Source: a virus (Duplodnaviria > Heunggongvirae > Uroviricota > Caudoviricetes). Taken from it: DNA of 18,260 bases. Both the position numbers and the translations under genes were made by a program. Position 1 is the first letter of the stretch. Every line of letters begins with the position of its first letter. The notes below the pieces were generated by a model. That model ran no database searches, had not been told where the DNA came from, and saw only the letters and a program-made list of their open reading frames with translations. The stretch is from the IMG/VR virus record IMGVR_UViG_3300039366_000282, positions 1 to 18,260 of that record. One strand, given 5' to 3'. This document shows, in pieces, positions 1 to 8,924 of this stretch.

Positions 1-2631
1 TACAGCGGTATCTGGGACGGAACGTTTAAGCCAGCATACAGCAACAACATGGCCTGGTGTCTGTGGGATATGCTGACCCACCCGCGCTACGGCATGGGTA
101 AACGTCTTGGTGCGGCGGATGTGGACAAATGGGCGCTGTATGTCATCGGCCAGAATTGCGACCAGTCGGTGCCGGACGGTTTTGGTGGCACGGAGCCGCG
201 CATTTCCTGTAATGCCTACCTGACCACACAGCGTAAGGCGTGGGATGTTCTCAGTGATTTCTGCTCGGCGATGCGCTGTATGCCGGTATGGAACGGGCAG
301 ACGCTGACGTTCGTGCAGGACCGACCGTCGGATAAGGTGTGGACCTATAACCGCAGTAATGTGGTGATGCCGGATGATGGCGCGCCGTTCCGCTACAGCT
401 TCAGCGCCCTGAAGGACCGCCATAATGCCGTTGAGGTGAACTGGATTGACCCGGATAACGGCTGGGAGACGGCGACAGAGCTTGTGGAGGACACGCAGGC
501 CATTGCCCGTTACTGTCGTAACGTCACGAAGATGGATGCCTTTGGCTGTACCAGCCGGGGGCAGGCACACCGCGCCGGGCTGTGGCTGATTAAAACGGAG
601 CTACTGGAAACGCAGACCGTGGACTTCAGCGTGGGTGCAGAAGGGCTTCGCCATGTACCGGGGGATGTCATTGAAATCTGTGATGATGACTATGCGGGGA
701 TCAGCATCGGCGGGCGCGTGCTGGCGGTGAACAGCCAGACGCGGACACTGACGCTCGACCGTGAAATCACGCTGCCATCCTCCGGTACCACGCTGATAAG
801 CCTGGTTGACGGAAGTGGTAATCCGGTCAGCGTGGAGGTTCAGTCCGTCACCGACGGACTTAAGGTGAAAGTGAATCGGGTTCCTGACGGCGTTGCAGAA
901 TACAGTGTGTGGGGGCTGAAGTTGCCGACGTTGCGTCAGCGCCTGTTCCGCTGTGTGAGTATCCGTGAGAACGATGACGGCACGTATGCCATCACTGCCG
1001 TGCAGCATGTACCGGAAAAAGAAGCCATCGTGGATAACGGGGCGCACTTTGACGGCGACCAGAGCGGCACGGTGAATGGTGTCACGCCGCCAGCGGTGCA
1101 GCACCTGACCGCCGAAGTCACCGCAGACAGCGGGGAATACCAGGTGCTGGCGCGCTGGGATACGCCGAAGGTGGTGAAGGGCGTGAGCTTCCTGCTTCGC
1201 CTGACCGTGGCAGCGGATGACGGCAGTGAGCGGCTGGTCAGCACGGCCAGGACGACGGAAAACACATACCGCTTCAGGCAGCTGGCGCTGGGAAACTACA
1301 GGCTGACAGTCCGGGCGGCAAATGCGTGGGGACAGCAGGGCGATCCGGCATCGGTATCGTTCCGGATTGCCGCACCGGCAGCACCGTCGCGGATTGAGCT
1401 GACGCCGGGCTATTTTCAGATAACCGCCACGCCGCATCTTGCCGTTTATGACCCGACGGTACAGTTTGAGTTCTGGTTCTCGGAAAAGCGGGTTGCTGAT
1501 ATCAGACAGGTTGAAACCACAGCCCGCTATCTTGGCACGGCGCTGTACTGGATAGCCGCCAGTACCAATATCAAACCGGGTCGTGATTATTACTTTTATA
1601 TCCGCAGTGTGAACACCGTTGGCAAATCGGCATTCGTGGAGGCTGTCGGTCGGGCGAGCGATGATGCGGAAGGTTACCTGGATTTTTTCAAAGGCCAGAT
1701 AACCGAATCCCATCTCGGCAAGGAGCTGCTGGAAAAAGTCGAGCTGACGGAGGATAACGCCAGCAGACTGGAGGAGTTTTCGAAAGAGTGGAAAGACGCC
1801 AACGATAAATGGAATGCCATGTGGGGCGTCAAAATTGAGCAGACCGAAGACGGCAGGCATTATGTCGCGGGGCTTGGCCTCAGCATGGAGGATACGGAGG
1901 AAGGCAAACTGAGCCAGTTCCTGGTTGCCGCTAACCGTATCGCGTTTATTGATCCGTCTAATGGCAACACAAGACCAATGTTTGTTGGTCAGGGCGATCA
2001 GATATTCATGAACGACGTGTTCCTGAAACGCCTGACGGCTCCGACCATTACCAGCGGCGGTAATCCTCCGGCATTTTCCCTGACACCGGACGGGCGGCTG
2101 ACGGCGAAAAATGCCGATATCAGCGGTAACGTGAATGCGAACTCCGGGACGCTCAACAACGTCACGATTAACGAGAACTGTCGGGTTCTGGGAAAATTGT
2201 CCGCCAACCAGATTGAAGGCGATCTCGTTAAAACAGTGGGCAAAGCTTTCCCCCGGGACTCCCGTGCACCGGAGCGGTGGCCATCAGGGACCATTACCGT
2301 CAGGATTTATGACGATCAGCCGTTTGACCGGCAGATTGTTATTCCGGCGGTGGCATTCAGCGGCGCTAAACATGAGAGAGAGCATACTGATATTTACTCC
2401 TCATGCCGTCTGATAGTGCGGAAAAACGGTGCTGAAATTTATAACCGTACCGCGCTGGATAATACGCTGATTTACAGTGGCGTTATTGATATGCCTGCCG
2501 GTCACGGTCACATGACGCTGGAGTTTTCGGTGTCAGCATGGCTGGTAAATGACTGGTATCCCACTGCGAGCATCAGCGATTTGCTGGTTGTGGTGATGAA
2601 GAAAGCCACTGCAGGCATCACTATTAGCTGA
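1..2631 (+). CDS. J: Tail tip / host-specificity protein J, C-terminal ~877 aa (5' end lies upstream of the window)
   Basis: Frame 1 is open from nt 1 with no stop before the first Met at 49; the translated product matches the C-terminal two thirds of phage lambda J as recalled from memory; stop TGA at 2629-2631; gene order J-lom-stf follows. Confidence 0.9.
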   Translation, partial: YSGIWDGTFKPAYSNNMAWCLWDMLTHPRYGMGKRLGAADVDKWALYVIGQNCDQSVPDGFGGTEPRISCNAYLTTQRKAWDVLSDFCSAMRCMPVWNGQTLTFVQDRPSDKVWTYNRSNVVMPDDGAPFRYSFSALKDRHNAVEVNWIDPDNGWETATELVEDTQAIARYCRNVTKMDAFGCTSRGQAHRAGLWLIKTELLETQTVDFSVGAEGLRHVPGDVIEICDDDYAGISIGGRVLAVNSQTRTLTLDREITLPSSGTTLISLVDGSGNPVSVEVQSVTDGLKVKVNRVPDGVAEYSVWGLKLPTLRQRLFRCVSIRENDDGTYAITAVQHVPEKEAIVDNGAHFDGDQSGTVNGVTPPAVQHLTAEVTADSGEYQVLARWDTPKVVKGVSFLLRLTVAADDGSERLVSTARTTENTYRFRQLALGNYRLTVRAANAWGQQGDPASVSFRIAAPAAPSRIELTPGYFQITATPHLAVYDPTVQFEFWFSEKRVADIRQVETTARYLGTALYWIAASTNIKPGRDYYFYIRSVNTVGKSAFVEAVGRASDDAEGYLDFFKGQITESHLGKELLEKVELTEDNASRLEEFSKEWKDANDKWNAMWGVKIEQTEDGRHYVAGLGLSMEDTEEGKLSQFLVAANRIAFIDPSNGNTRPMFVGQGDQIFMNDVFLKRLTAPTITSGGNPPAFSLTPDGRLTAKNADISGNVNANSGTLNNVTINENCRVLGKLSANQIEGDLVKTVGKAFPRDSRAPERWPSGTITVRIYDDQPFDRQIVIPAVAFSGAKHEREHTDIYSSCRLIVRKNGAEIYNRTALDNTLIYSGVIDMPAGHGHMTLEFSVSAWLVNDWYPTASISDLLVVVMKKATAGITIS

Positions 2632-2649
2632 ATTTTATAACCCAGATAC

Positions 2650-2676
2650 GGGCGCCAGAAATGGCGCCTTTTTTAT
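2650..2676 (+). terminator. Rho-independent terminator after J
   Basis: GGCGCCA-GAAA-TGGCGCC perfect 7-bp GC-rich stem followed by TTTTTTATT, starting 19 nt after the J stop. Confidence 0.55.
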
Positions 2677-2698
2677 TGCAGAAAAGCGAGAGGTAATT

Positions 2699-3298
2699 AT
2701 GCGTAAATTATGTGCTGTTATTCTGTCCGCAGTAGTCTGGCTGGTTGCCGCTGGTACGCCAGCGAGCGCAGCAGAGCATCAGTCCACACTAAGCGCCGGG
2801 TATCTTCAGACCCATACTGATATGCCAGGCAGCGATGACCTGAAGGGCATTAATGTGAAATACCGTTATGAATTTACGGACACGCTGGGGCTGGTGACGT
2901 CATTCAGTTATGCCAATGCCAAAGATGAGCAAAAAACGCATTACAGCGATACCCGCTGGCATGAAGATTCAGTGCGTAACCGCTGGTTCAGCATGATGGC
3001 GGGGCCATCTGTACGCGTGAATGAATGGTTCAGTGCTTATGCGATGGCGGGTATGGCTTACAGCCGTGTGTCGACCTTCTCCGGGGATTATCTCCGCGTA
3101 ACTGACAACAAGGGGAAAACGCACGATGTGCTGACCGGAAGTGATGACGGTCGCCACAGCAACACGTCTCTGGCGTGGGGGGCTGGCGTGCAGTTTAACC
3201 CGACCGAATCCGTGGCCATTGACCTTGCTTATGAAGGTTCCGGCAGTGGTGACTGGCGCACTGACGGTTTCATCGTGGGTGTCGGTTATAAATTCTGA
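2699..3298 (+). CDS. lom: Lom outer-membrane protein (Ail/Lom family beta-barrel)
   Basis: 199-aa ORF with N-terminal signal peptide (MRKLCAVILSAVVWLVAAGTPASAA), C-terminal ...GVGYKF typical of OMP barrels; matches lambda Lom from memory; RBS GAGAGG 7 nt upstream of ATG; position immediately downstream of J as in lambda. Confidence 0.85.
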   Translation: MRKLCAVILSAVVWLVAAGTPASAAEHQSTLSAGYLQTHTDMPGSDDLKGINVKYRYEFTDTLGLVTSFSYANAKDEQKTHYSDTRWHEDSVRNRWFSMMAGPSVRVNEWFSAYAMAGMAYSRVSTFSGDYLRVTDNKGKTHDVLTGSDDGRHSNTSLAWGAGVQFNPTESVAIDLAYEGSGSGDWRTDGFIVGVGYKF

Positions 3299-3325
3299 TT
3301 AGCCAGGTAACACAGTGTTATGACA

Positions 3326-3351
3326 GCCCGCCGGTTCAGGCGGGCTTTTTT
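3326..3351 (+). terminator. Rho-independent terminator after lom
   Basis: GCCCGCC-GGTTCA-GGCGGGC stem-loop followed by TTTTTT. Confidence 0.55.
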
Positions 3352-3362
3352 GTGGAGTGGAT

Positions 3363-5738
3363 ATGGCAGCAGTAAAAATCTCAGGTGTGCTGAAAGATGG
3401 TGCGGGAAAACCAATACAGAACTGCACTATTCAACTGAAGGCAAAGCGTAACAGCACCACGGTACTGGTGAACACGGTGGCCTCTGAAAATCCGGATGAA
3501 GCCGGGCGTTACAGCATGGATGTTGAGTATGGCCAGTACAGCGTTATCCTGCTTGTTGAAGGTTTTCCGCCTTCACATGCCGGAACCATTACCGTCTATG
3601 AAGGTTCCAGACCAGGTACGCTGAATGATTTTCTCGGTGCCATGACGGAAGATGATGTCATGCCGGAGGCATTGCGTCGTTTTGAGGAAATGGTGGAAGA
3701 AGCGGCACGCAACGCCGAAGCCGCCTCTCAGAGCGCAGCGGCGGCAAAGAAATCCGAAACTGCAGCGGCATCATCGAAGAACGCGGCGAAAACCTCAGAA
3801 ACGAATGCAGCTAATAGTGCACAGGCGGCAGCGACCTCACAGACTGCATCAGAAAACTCCGCGACAGCAGCCAAAAAATCAGAAACCAACGCGAAAAATA
3901 GCGAGACAGCCGCAAAGACGAGCGAAACCAACGCAAAGTCCAGCCAGACGGCAGCGAAAACCAGCGAAACGAATGCCAAAGCCAGTGAAACTGCGGCGAA
4001 AAGCAGTCAGGATGCAGCAGCCGAAAGCGAGAGCGCGGCAGCCGGTTCTGCGACTTCAGCTGCTGGATCAGCAACTGCTGCGGCTAACAGTCAGAAAGCA
4101 GCGAAGACGAGTGAAACTAACGCAAAGTCCAGCCAGACGGCAGCGAAGACCAGCGAAACGAATGCCAAAGCCAGCGAAACTGCGGCGAAAAGCAGTCAGG
4201 ATGCAGCAGCCGAAAGCGAGAGTGCTGCAGCTGGTTCTGCAAGCGCGGCTGCTGCTTCTGCCACTGCATCAGCTAACAGTCAAAAAGCAGCAAAAACCAG
4301 TGAAACCAACGCAAAGGTGAGCGAAACAGCGGCTGCGAACTCAGCGAAAGCATCGGCAGCAAGCCAGACGGCAGCTAAAGCAAGCGAAGATGCAGCCAGA
4401 GAGTACGCAAGCCAGGCTGCGGAGCCGTATAAATATGTCTTACAGCCGCTGCCTGATGTGTGGATACCATTTAACGATTCGCTGGATATGATTACGGGCT
4501 TTTCGCCGTCATATAAAAAGATTGTTATTGGTGATGATGAAATAACGATGCCTGGCGACAAGGTTGTTAAGTTTAAACGCGCATCGAAAGCAACCTATAT
4601 TAATAAATCTGGTGTGCTGACAGAGGCTGCCATTGACGAGCCACGGTTTGAACGTGATGGCCTGCTTATTGAGGGGCAAAGAACGAACTACATGCTCAAT
4701 TCGGAAAGCCCTGCCAGTTGGGGGCGATCGTCAAATATGGATGTTCCCGAAACCGGGACGGATAGTTTTGGTTTTACCTATGGAAAGTTTGTCTGTAACG
4801 ATTCTCTGATTGGGCAAACCTCAGCCATTAATATGGCATCAATTGCTGCAACAAAGTCAGTTGATGTCTCAGGCGATAATAAATACGTGACAACCTCATG
4901 TCGTTTTAAAACAGAACTGCAGGTAAGGTTGCGTATCCGATTTGATAAATATGACGGTAGCGCAACAACTTTTCTTGGTGATGTGTATATTGATACACAA
5001 ACGCTTGAAATTAATATGACAGGCGGCGCTGCCTCAAGGATTACAGCGAGAGTCAGAAAGGACGAAGTTATCGGATGGATTTTTGCAGAGGCAACAATTC
5101 AGGCAATTGATGGGGAGTTAAAAATAGGTTCTCAGATACAGTATTCTCCTAAGCAGGGCGGGGCAACCGTATCTGGTGACTATATTTATCTGGCCACCCC
5201 ACAAGTAGAAAATGGGCCTTGTGTATCATCTTTTATTATATCAGGAACGACGGCGGCGACCCGCGCAAGCGATATAGTCACAGTTCCCATTAAGAATAAT
5301 CTTTATAATCTTCCTTTTACGGTTCTTTGTGAGGTACATAAGAACTGGTATAAAACGCCAAATGCAGCACCGCGTGTTTTTGATACCGGCGGTCATCAAA
5401 CCGGAGCGGCTATTATTCTTGGCTTCGGTTCTTCAGCAGATTACGACGGATTTCCTTATTGCGATATTGGTGGGTCTAACAGACGGATAAACGAAAATGC
5501 ATCACTTGAAAAAATGGTTATGGGGATGCGTGTAAAGTCTGATCAGTCTACATGCGCAGTAAGTAACGGGCGTATATCCAGCGAAACAAAAACCACATGG
5601 TCCTGTATTCAGAACACCGCAATTATCCGTATTGGAGGCCAGACTACAGCCGGGTTACGTCATTTATTTGGTCATGTAAGGAATTTCAGAATATGGCACA
5701 AGGCATTGACTGATGCTCAGGTGGGGGAGTCAATCTAA
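3363..5738 (+). CDS. stf: Side tail fibre protein: lambda Stf-like N-terminus, heptad-repeat shaft, divergent AT-rich C-terminal domain
   Basis: N-terminus MAAVKISGVLKDGAGKPIQNCTIQLKAKRNSTTV... matches lambda Stf from memory; ATG at 3363 preferred over track GTG 3357 (GGAG 5 nt upstream); long Ala/Ser/Thr/Lys heptad region (KTSETNA/KSSQTAA...); C-terminal ~430 aa encoded by visibly more AT-rich DNA, ending in a LamG-like motif (..VRNFRIWHKALTDAQV..). Confidence 0.8.
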   Translation: MAAVKISGVLKDGAGKPIQNCTIQLKAKRNSTTVLVNTVASENPDEAGRYSMDVEYGQYSVILLVEGFPPSHAGTITVYEGSRPGTLNDFLGAMTEDDVMPEALRRFEEMVEEAARNAEAASQSAAAAKKSETAAASSKNAAKTSETNAANSAQAAATSQTASENSATAAKKSETNAKNSETAAKTSETNAKSSQTAAKTSETNAKASETAAKSSQDAAAESESAAAGSATSAAGSATAAANSQKAAKTSETNAKSSQTAAKTSETNAKASETAAKSSQDAAAESESAAAGSASAAAASATASANSQKAAKTSETNAKVSETAAANSAKASAASQTAAKASEDAAREYASQAAEPYKYVLQPLPDVWIPFNDSLDMITGFSPSYKKIVIGDDEITMPGDKVVKFKRASKATYINKSGVLTEAAIDEPRFERDGLLIEGQRTNYMLNSESPASWGRSSNMDVPETGTDSFGFTYGKFVCNDSLIGQTSAINMASIAATKSVDVSGDNKYVTTSCRFKTELQVRLRIRFDKYDGSATTFLGDVYIDTQTLEINMTGGAASRITARVRKDEVIGWIFAEATIQAIDGELKIGSQIQYSPKQGGATVSGDYIYLATPQVENGPCVSSFIISGTTAATRASDIVTVPIKNNLYNLPFTVLCEVHKNWYKTPNAAPRVFDTGGHQTGAAIILGFGSSADYDGFPYCDIGGSNRRINENASLEKMVMGMRVKSDQSTCAVSNGRISSETKTTWSCIQNTAIIRIGGQTTAGLRHLFGHVRNFRIWHKALTDAQVGESI
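3906..4283 (+). repeat. 189-bp (63-codon) near-identical in-frame tandem duplication inside the tail-fibre shaft
   Basis: acgcaaagtccagccagacggcagcgaa... occurs at 3931 and again at 4120 (period 189 bp) with only a few substitutions; partial further units flank it. Confidence 0.85.
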
Positions 5739-6019
5739 TGAAAGATTTAACACTCAAATTTCCCGACAGGGCCGACTTTTCGGCCTTTATGGAGAGCATT
5801 GGCTATTATGATGACGAGTTGATGCAGGATGATATTCTTATTGACGTGATAGGTAACGTGTACAAAGAAACCGGAGAACTGACTGAAGATGGCGAACCGG
5901 TATGTGTTAAGGAAGACGGATATTTTGTAAACGTGCGCATCATTAATGATTCGCAAATATCGTCATTATTCGATGAATACGTGGTTGCTGTTGAGCATCA
6001 ACTTCGTGGCTGGATGTGA
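5738..6019 (+). CDS. Hypothetical 93-aa acidic protein, translationally coupled to the tail-fibre gene
   Basis: ATG overlaps the stf stop (TAATG at 5736-5740); GGGGGAG 8 nt upstream; no family recognised. Confidence 0.5.
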   Translation: MKDLTLKFPDRADFSAFMESIGYYDDELMQDDILIDVIGNVYKETGELTEDGEPVCVKEDGYFVNVRIINDSQISSLFDEYVVAVEHQLRGWM

Positions 6020-6028
6020 GGAAGAAAA

Positions 6029-7069
6029 ATGGCTACATCGACAGTAATTCCTGATGACATCAAAACGCTAAAATCCGACGTTAGCAAATTAAAAAACGAT
6101 CAAGGAAGCTACGCAACAAAATTATATGTAGACAGCAAAGATGAAATCGTTGGTGACTGGTCTGCTTCATGGTATCAGCAGGTATTGCCAACTAGCGGAG
6201 CTATATTTGGGAGAAAACTCCGCTCAACTCACAGGACGGCAGGTGTTGAGGATGCGTATTGCGAACTATACCTCAAAAAATGGATAGACAGTCCAGGTAA
6301 CGCAATGGCGCGCCTTAACCTGAACGATAACGGGACAAACATTTGCTGGGACTTTACCAACCTTTATGGCGGTACGATGATTTTTCCCGGTGACAGCGGA
6401 TACCTCAAAATGGGTAACTGCCTTATGTCATACAGCAAGCGTGGAAGTAACGCGCTTATTAAATTTGATTACACCGACACATTACAGATCAAATATGCCA
6501 ATCATGGGTCAACCATGACATTAAACACACAGGGAACCGCTTATGCTGGTGTTACTGCTCAATTGTGGGGCAACACCAGCCGTCCTGTTGTTTATGAAGT
6601 CGGTGTTGATGGTGGCGCTTATATGTTCTATGCGCAGAAAAATACCGATAACACCTATATGTTAAGCGTTAATGGTGCATGTCATGCCACCGCATTTAAC
6701 CAGCATTCCGACCGGGATCTGAAAGACAACATTCAGGTGATCGATAATGCAACCGACCGCATCCGTAAAATGAACGGCTATACATACACGCTTAAAGAAA
6801 ACGGTATGCCCTATGCTGGTGTCATTGCACAGGAAGCTCTGGAAGCAATCCCAGAAGTTGTAGGTTCCGCAATGAAATATCAGGACGGTGCAAGCGGATC
6901 GGAAGGTGAAGAAGGTGAACGTTATTACACAGTAGATTATTCTGGTGTTACTGGCTTGCTTGTTCAGGTAGCCAGAGAGTCAGACGACAGAATAACAGCA
7001 CTGGAAGAAGAAAACGCAGAATTAAGACAAAGATTATCTGCAATTGAGGCGGCGCTTGCGTCTAAATAA
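6029..7069 (+). CDS. Tail fibre/tailspike-like protein with C-terminal intramolecular chaperone (peptidase S74-type) domain
   Basis: RBS GAGGAAG before ATG; C-terminal region contains ..NQHSDRDLKDNIQVIDNATDRIRKMNGYTYTLKENG..YAGVIAQEALEAIPEVV.. followed by a coiled-coil tail (ALEEENAELRQRLSAIEAA), matching the SD-x-R-LK-x-NI self-cleaving chaperone signature of phage fibres as recalled. Confidence 0.65.
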   Translation: MATSTVIPDDIKTLKSDVSKLKNDQGSYATKLYVDSKDEIVGDWSASWYQQVLPTSGAIFGRKLRSTHRTAGVEDAYCELYLKKWIDSPGNAMARLNLNDNGTNICWDFTNLYGGTMIFPGDSGYLKMGNCLMSYSKRGSNALIKFDYTDTLQIKYANHGSTMTLNTQGTAYAGVTAQLWGNTSRPVVYEVGVDGGAYMFYAQKNTDNTYMLSVNGACHATAFNQHSDRDLKDNIQVIDNATDRIRKMNGYTYTLKENGMPYAGVIAQEALEAIPEVVGSAMKYQDGASGSEGEEGERYYTVDYSGVTGLLVQVARESDDRITALEEENAELRQRLSAIEAALASK

Positions 7070-7075
7070 TATTAA

Positions 7076-7098
7076 GGGGCCGAGCGCCCCGTTTTATT
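7076..7098 (+). terminator. Rho-independent terminator after the fibre module
   Basis: GGGGC-CGAGC-GCCCC hairpin followed by GTTTTATT, 7 nt after the stop at 7069. Confidence 0.55.
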
Positions 7099-7111
7099 GG
7101 GTAGGATGAAA

Positions 7112-7399
7112 ATGGATATAACACCTTTTCTTCATGCGCTTTGTGCTGTGGCTGCGCAGGTACTGGTTGGTTTTTTTACCGGAAACTGGGCTTACGGGGC
7201 GATAGCCGGTTGTACATTCTTCATTGCGCGGGAACACACCCAGGCAGAATATCGCTGGATTGAAATGTTCGGGCATGGCAAGCGGATTAACATGCCGTGG
7301 TGGGGCGGTTTTGATCCACGTGCATGGGATGTGGCAAGCCTGATGGATTTTGCTGTGCCGGTGGTGGCGTGTCTGCTGATCTGGATGTTGATCCGTTAA
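7112..7399 (+). CDS. Small hydrophobic (predicted membrane) protein, ~96 aa, unknown function
   Basis: ORF with two strongly hydrophobic stretches (ALCAVAAQVLVGFFTGNWAYGAIAGCTFFIA and FAVPVVACLLIWMLI); AGGA 5 nt upstream of ATG 7112 (track start 7097 is TTG; 7106 is an alternative ATG). Confidence 0.45.
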   Translation: MDITPFLHALCAVAAQVLVGFFTGNWAYGAIAGCTFFIAREHTQAEYRWIEMFGHGKRINMPWWGGFDPRAWDVASLMDFAVPVVACLLIWMLIR

Positions 7400-7747
7400 A
7401 TATAAAAAGTAAAAAGCCGCAGTAACTTGTCATGATAGGATACTGCGGCTGGCTGGTTAACTTTCGATAGTGCGAGTATTGAATGATTTCCAGCCGTTAC
7501 CGATTTTATATAACTGCAGTGGAATTATTCAACACACAGGCAAAACGGAATAAGCTGAGAAAAAAGCGTGCTTACCCAATCTGGGGTAAATCACGTCTGA
7601 ATGACACCTGAAAACAGGTGGTGGCCTCAAGAAGGCTTGGAATATTCTTCTTTAATGTTATGTAATTTATTGATTTTTCGTGTACGATTTTAAGACATTT
7701 ATTCCAAGAAAAATTTTTAACTCTTTGATTTTTCGACTCTGTATCAT

Positions 7748-7809
7748 CGGTCTCGAAAACCGGAGTAGGGGCAACTCTACCGGGGGTTCAAATCCCCCTC
7801 TCTCCGCCA
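7748..7809 (+). tRNA. Partial tRNA-Ser(CGA) (serU-type), 3' 62 nt only, without 5' acceptor/D-arm; att-core duplicate at the prophage boundary
   Basis: Anticodon stem-loop CCGGT-CTCGAAA-ACCGG (anticodon CGA), long variable arm, T-arm GGGGG-TTCAAAT-CCCCC, 3' acceptor strand TCTCTCC + G + CCA; no matching 5' strand (GGAGAGA...) upstream; matches E. coli serU 3' portion from memory. Confidence 0.75.
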
Positions 7810-8087
7810 ATCATTCAACAAAATCAATCACTTACAAAGCATTTTTGATTTTGTCGTGCATAAATCCCTGCATTAAAATTCCTTTCTCTCGCTCAATTTT
7901 TCTTACTACTGATGCTGTTTTTTACCATTTTGCCGCGCGTCGGGCATCCACTTTTATGCTCTCGAGTTCACACTCTTAACAACAACTTAGCCATTCCCCC
8001 GTCTCTGATGACAAAACAGTTGAACTTCAATTGTTCCAAACGGATCCTGTGAAGATATATCAAAGGAAATGGATTGTTGGAGGATGG

Positions 8088-8924
8088 ATGAAAAGAAGTG
8101 AAATCAGGAAAGCACTGGAAGCATGGTTTGATGTGGAACGCTATGAGGCGATAGAGAAACTCACCTTACAGCAGTTTTATGTTGAGGTTGAGCGGCGCAT
8201 CTTGGCTTACAGAATGTTGTTGAGCCGGAACACCATACCTACCTTTAACCGATTAATGCTGGATGATTACCGCAACAAGATCCTCAGCGGTGAAATCTTT
8301 TTCAGTGGTGATACTGAGACCATTGGATATGAGCTTGCCAGAACCTATGCGGTAAACCCTACGACAAGAAGCCACGCGCAATTTTATGCGAAAACTCTGT
8401 CATTAACCGAAGCCACGCCTGAACTCTCTGGGTTAAGCCAGTCTGAATTTCTGTCCGAATATCTGAAAGAGACATCCCTTAATAATCTTTCACGCATTAC
8501 TGTCGATATTCATCTGGAAGAAGCATCAACCGAAGAGATCATTGAACATCTGAAAGTGCTGATCCCTCAATGGAAGAGGCAGCTTAAGATGACGTCTCCA
8601 GCTCCAAGAGAGTATCGTTTCGGCAAAAGCACGTTCAGAAAAATTATTGAATATCGTCTTATCCCGATGATGGACCTGATCTTCTGGGGAGAAGATAACG
8701 GCATTAAAATCCCGCTTTCACTGATTTCCTCGTTGCTTCATGAGGACAGCGACAACGATCGTGATGAAGGAATGCTCAAGGCAACAGATTACCCGTTAGC
8801 AATGGCTTTTCTGACGGATGCGAGCTATCTGAAATCGCTTGAAGATTACATGATGGAAAACAACCACTTGAAAGACTCCCCTGTTGAAAAGCATGTAGAA
8901 GACGACAGGAATAAGAAAAAATAA
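8088..8924 (+). CDS. Hypothetical protein (278 aa from ATG 8088)
   Basis: Long ORF; track start 8031 is TTG; GGAGGA lies just upstream of ATG 8088; no family recognised. Confidence 0.5.
   Translation: MKRSEIRKALEAWFDVERYEAIEKLTLQQFYVEVERRILAYRMLLSRNTIPTFNRLMLDDYRNKILSGEIFFSGDTETIGYELARTYAVNPTTRSHAQFYAKTLSLTEATPELSGLSQSEFLSEYLKETSLNNLSRITVDIHLEEASTEEIIEHLKVLIPQWKRQLKMTSPAPREYRFGKSTFRKIIEYRLIPMMDLIFWGEDNGIKIPLSLISSLLHEDSDNDRDEGMLKATDYPLAMAFLTDASYLKSLEDYMMENNHLKDSPVEKHVEDDRNKKK

Noticed and set aside
601-1860. 419-aa ORF on the minus strand inside J
   Set aside because: Antisense to a well-supported J coding frame in GC-rich DNA; Arg/Pro/Gly-rich low-complexity product typical of spurious antisense ORFs; no RBS.
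936-2413. Short ORFs 936-1265(-), 1998-2294(-), 2135-2413(+)
   Set aside because: All lie inside the J coding region in other frames; no independent support.
3652-4320. 222-aa Arg/Lys/Gln-rich ORF on the plus strand, plus minus-strand ORFs 3728-3979, 3811-4074 and 4280-4561
   Set aside because: Alternative frames of the repetitive tail-fibre shaft; products are low-complexity and the Stf frame is supported by homology across the region.
5747-5956. 69-aa minus-strand ORF and other short antisense ORFs (2969-3157, 7094-7276, 8776-8970, 9414-9689, 10532-10828, 11877-12173, 13897-14184, 15404-15586, 16072-16266, 17469-17657, 17936-18208)
   Set aside because: Each overlaps a better-supported gene on the opposite strand or a repeat region, and lacks an RBS.
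7680-7979. 99-aa ORF spanning the tRNA fragment
   Set aside because: It reads through the tRNA-Ser 3' fragment and AT-rich att-flanking DNA; no RBS; almost certainly non-coding.
8031-8924. Possibility that the first island gene is the island integrase
   Set aside because: No tyrosine-recombinase (R..H-x-x-R..Y) or serine-recombinase motifs visible in the translation; left as hypothetical.
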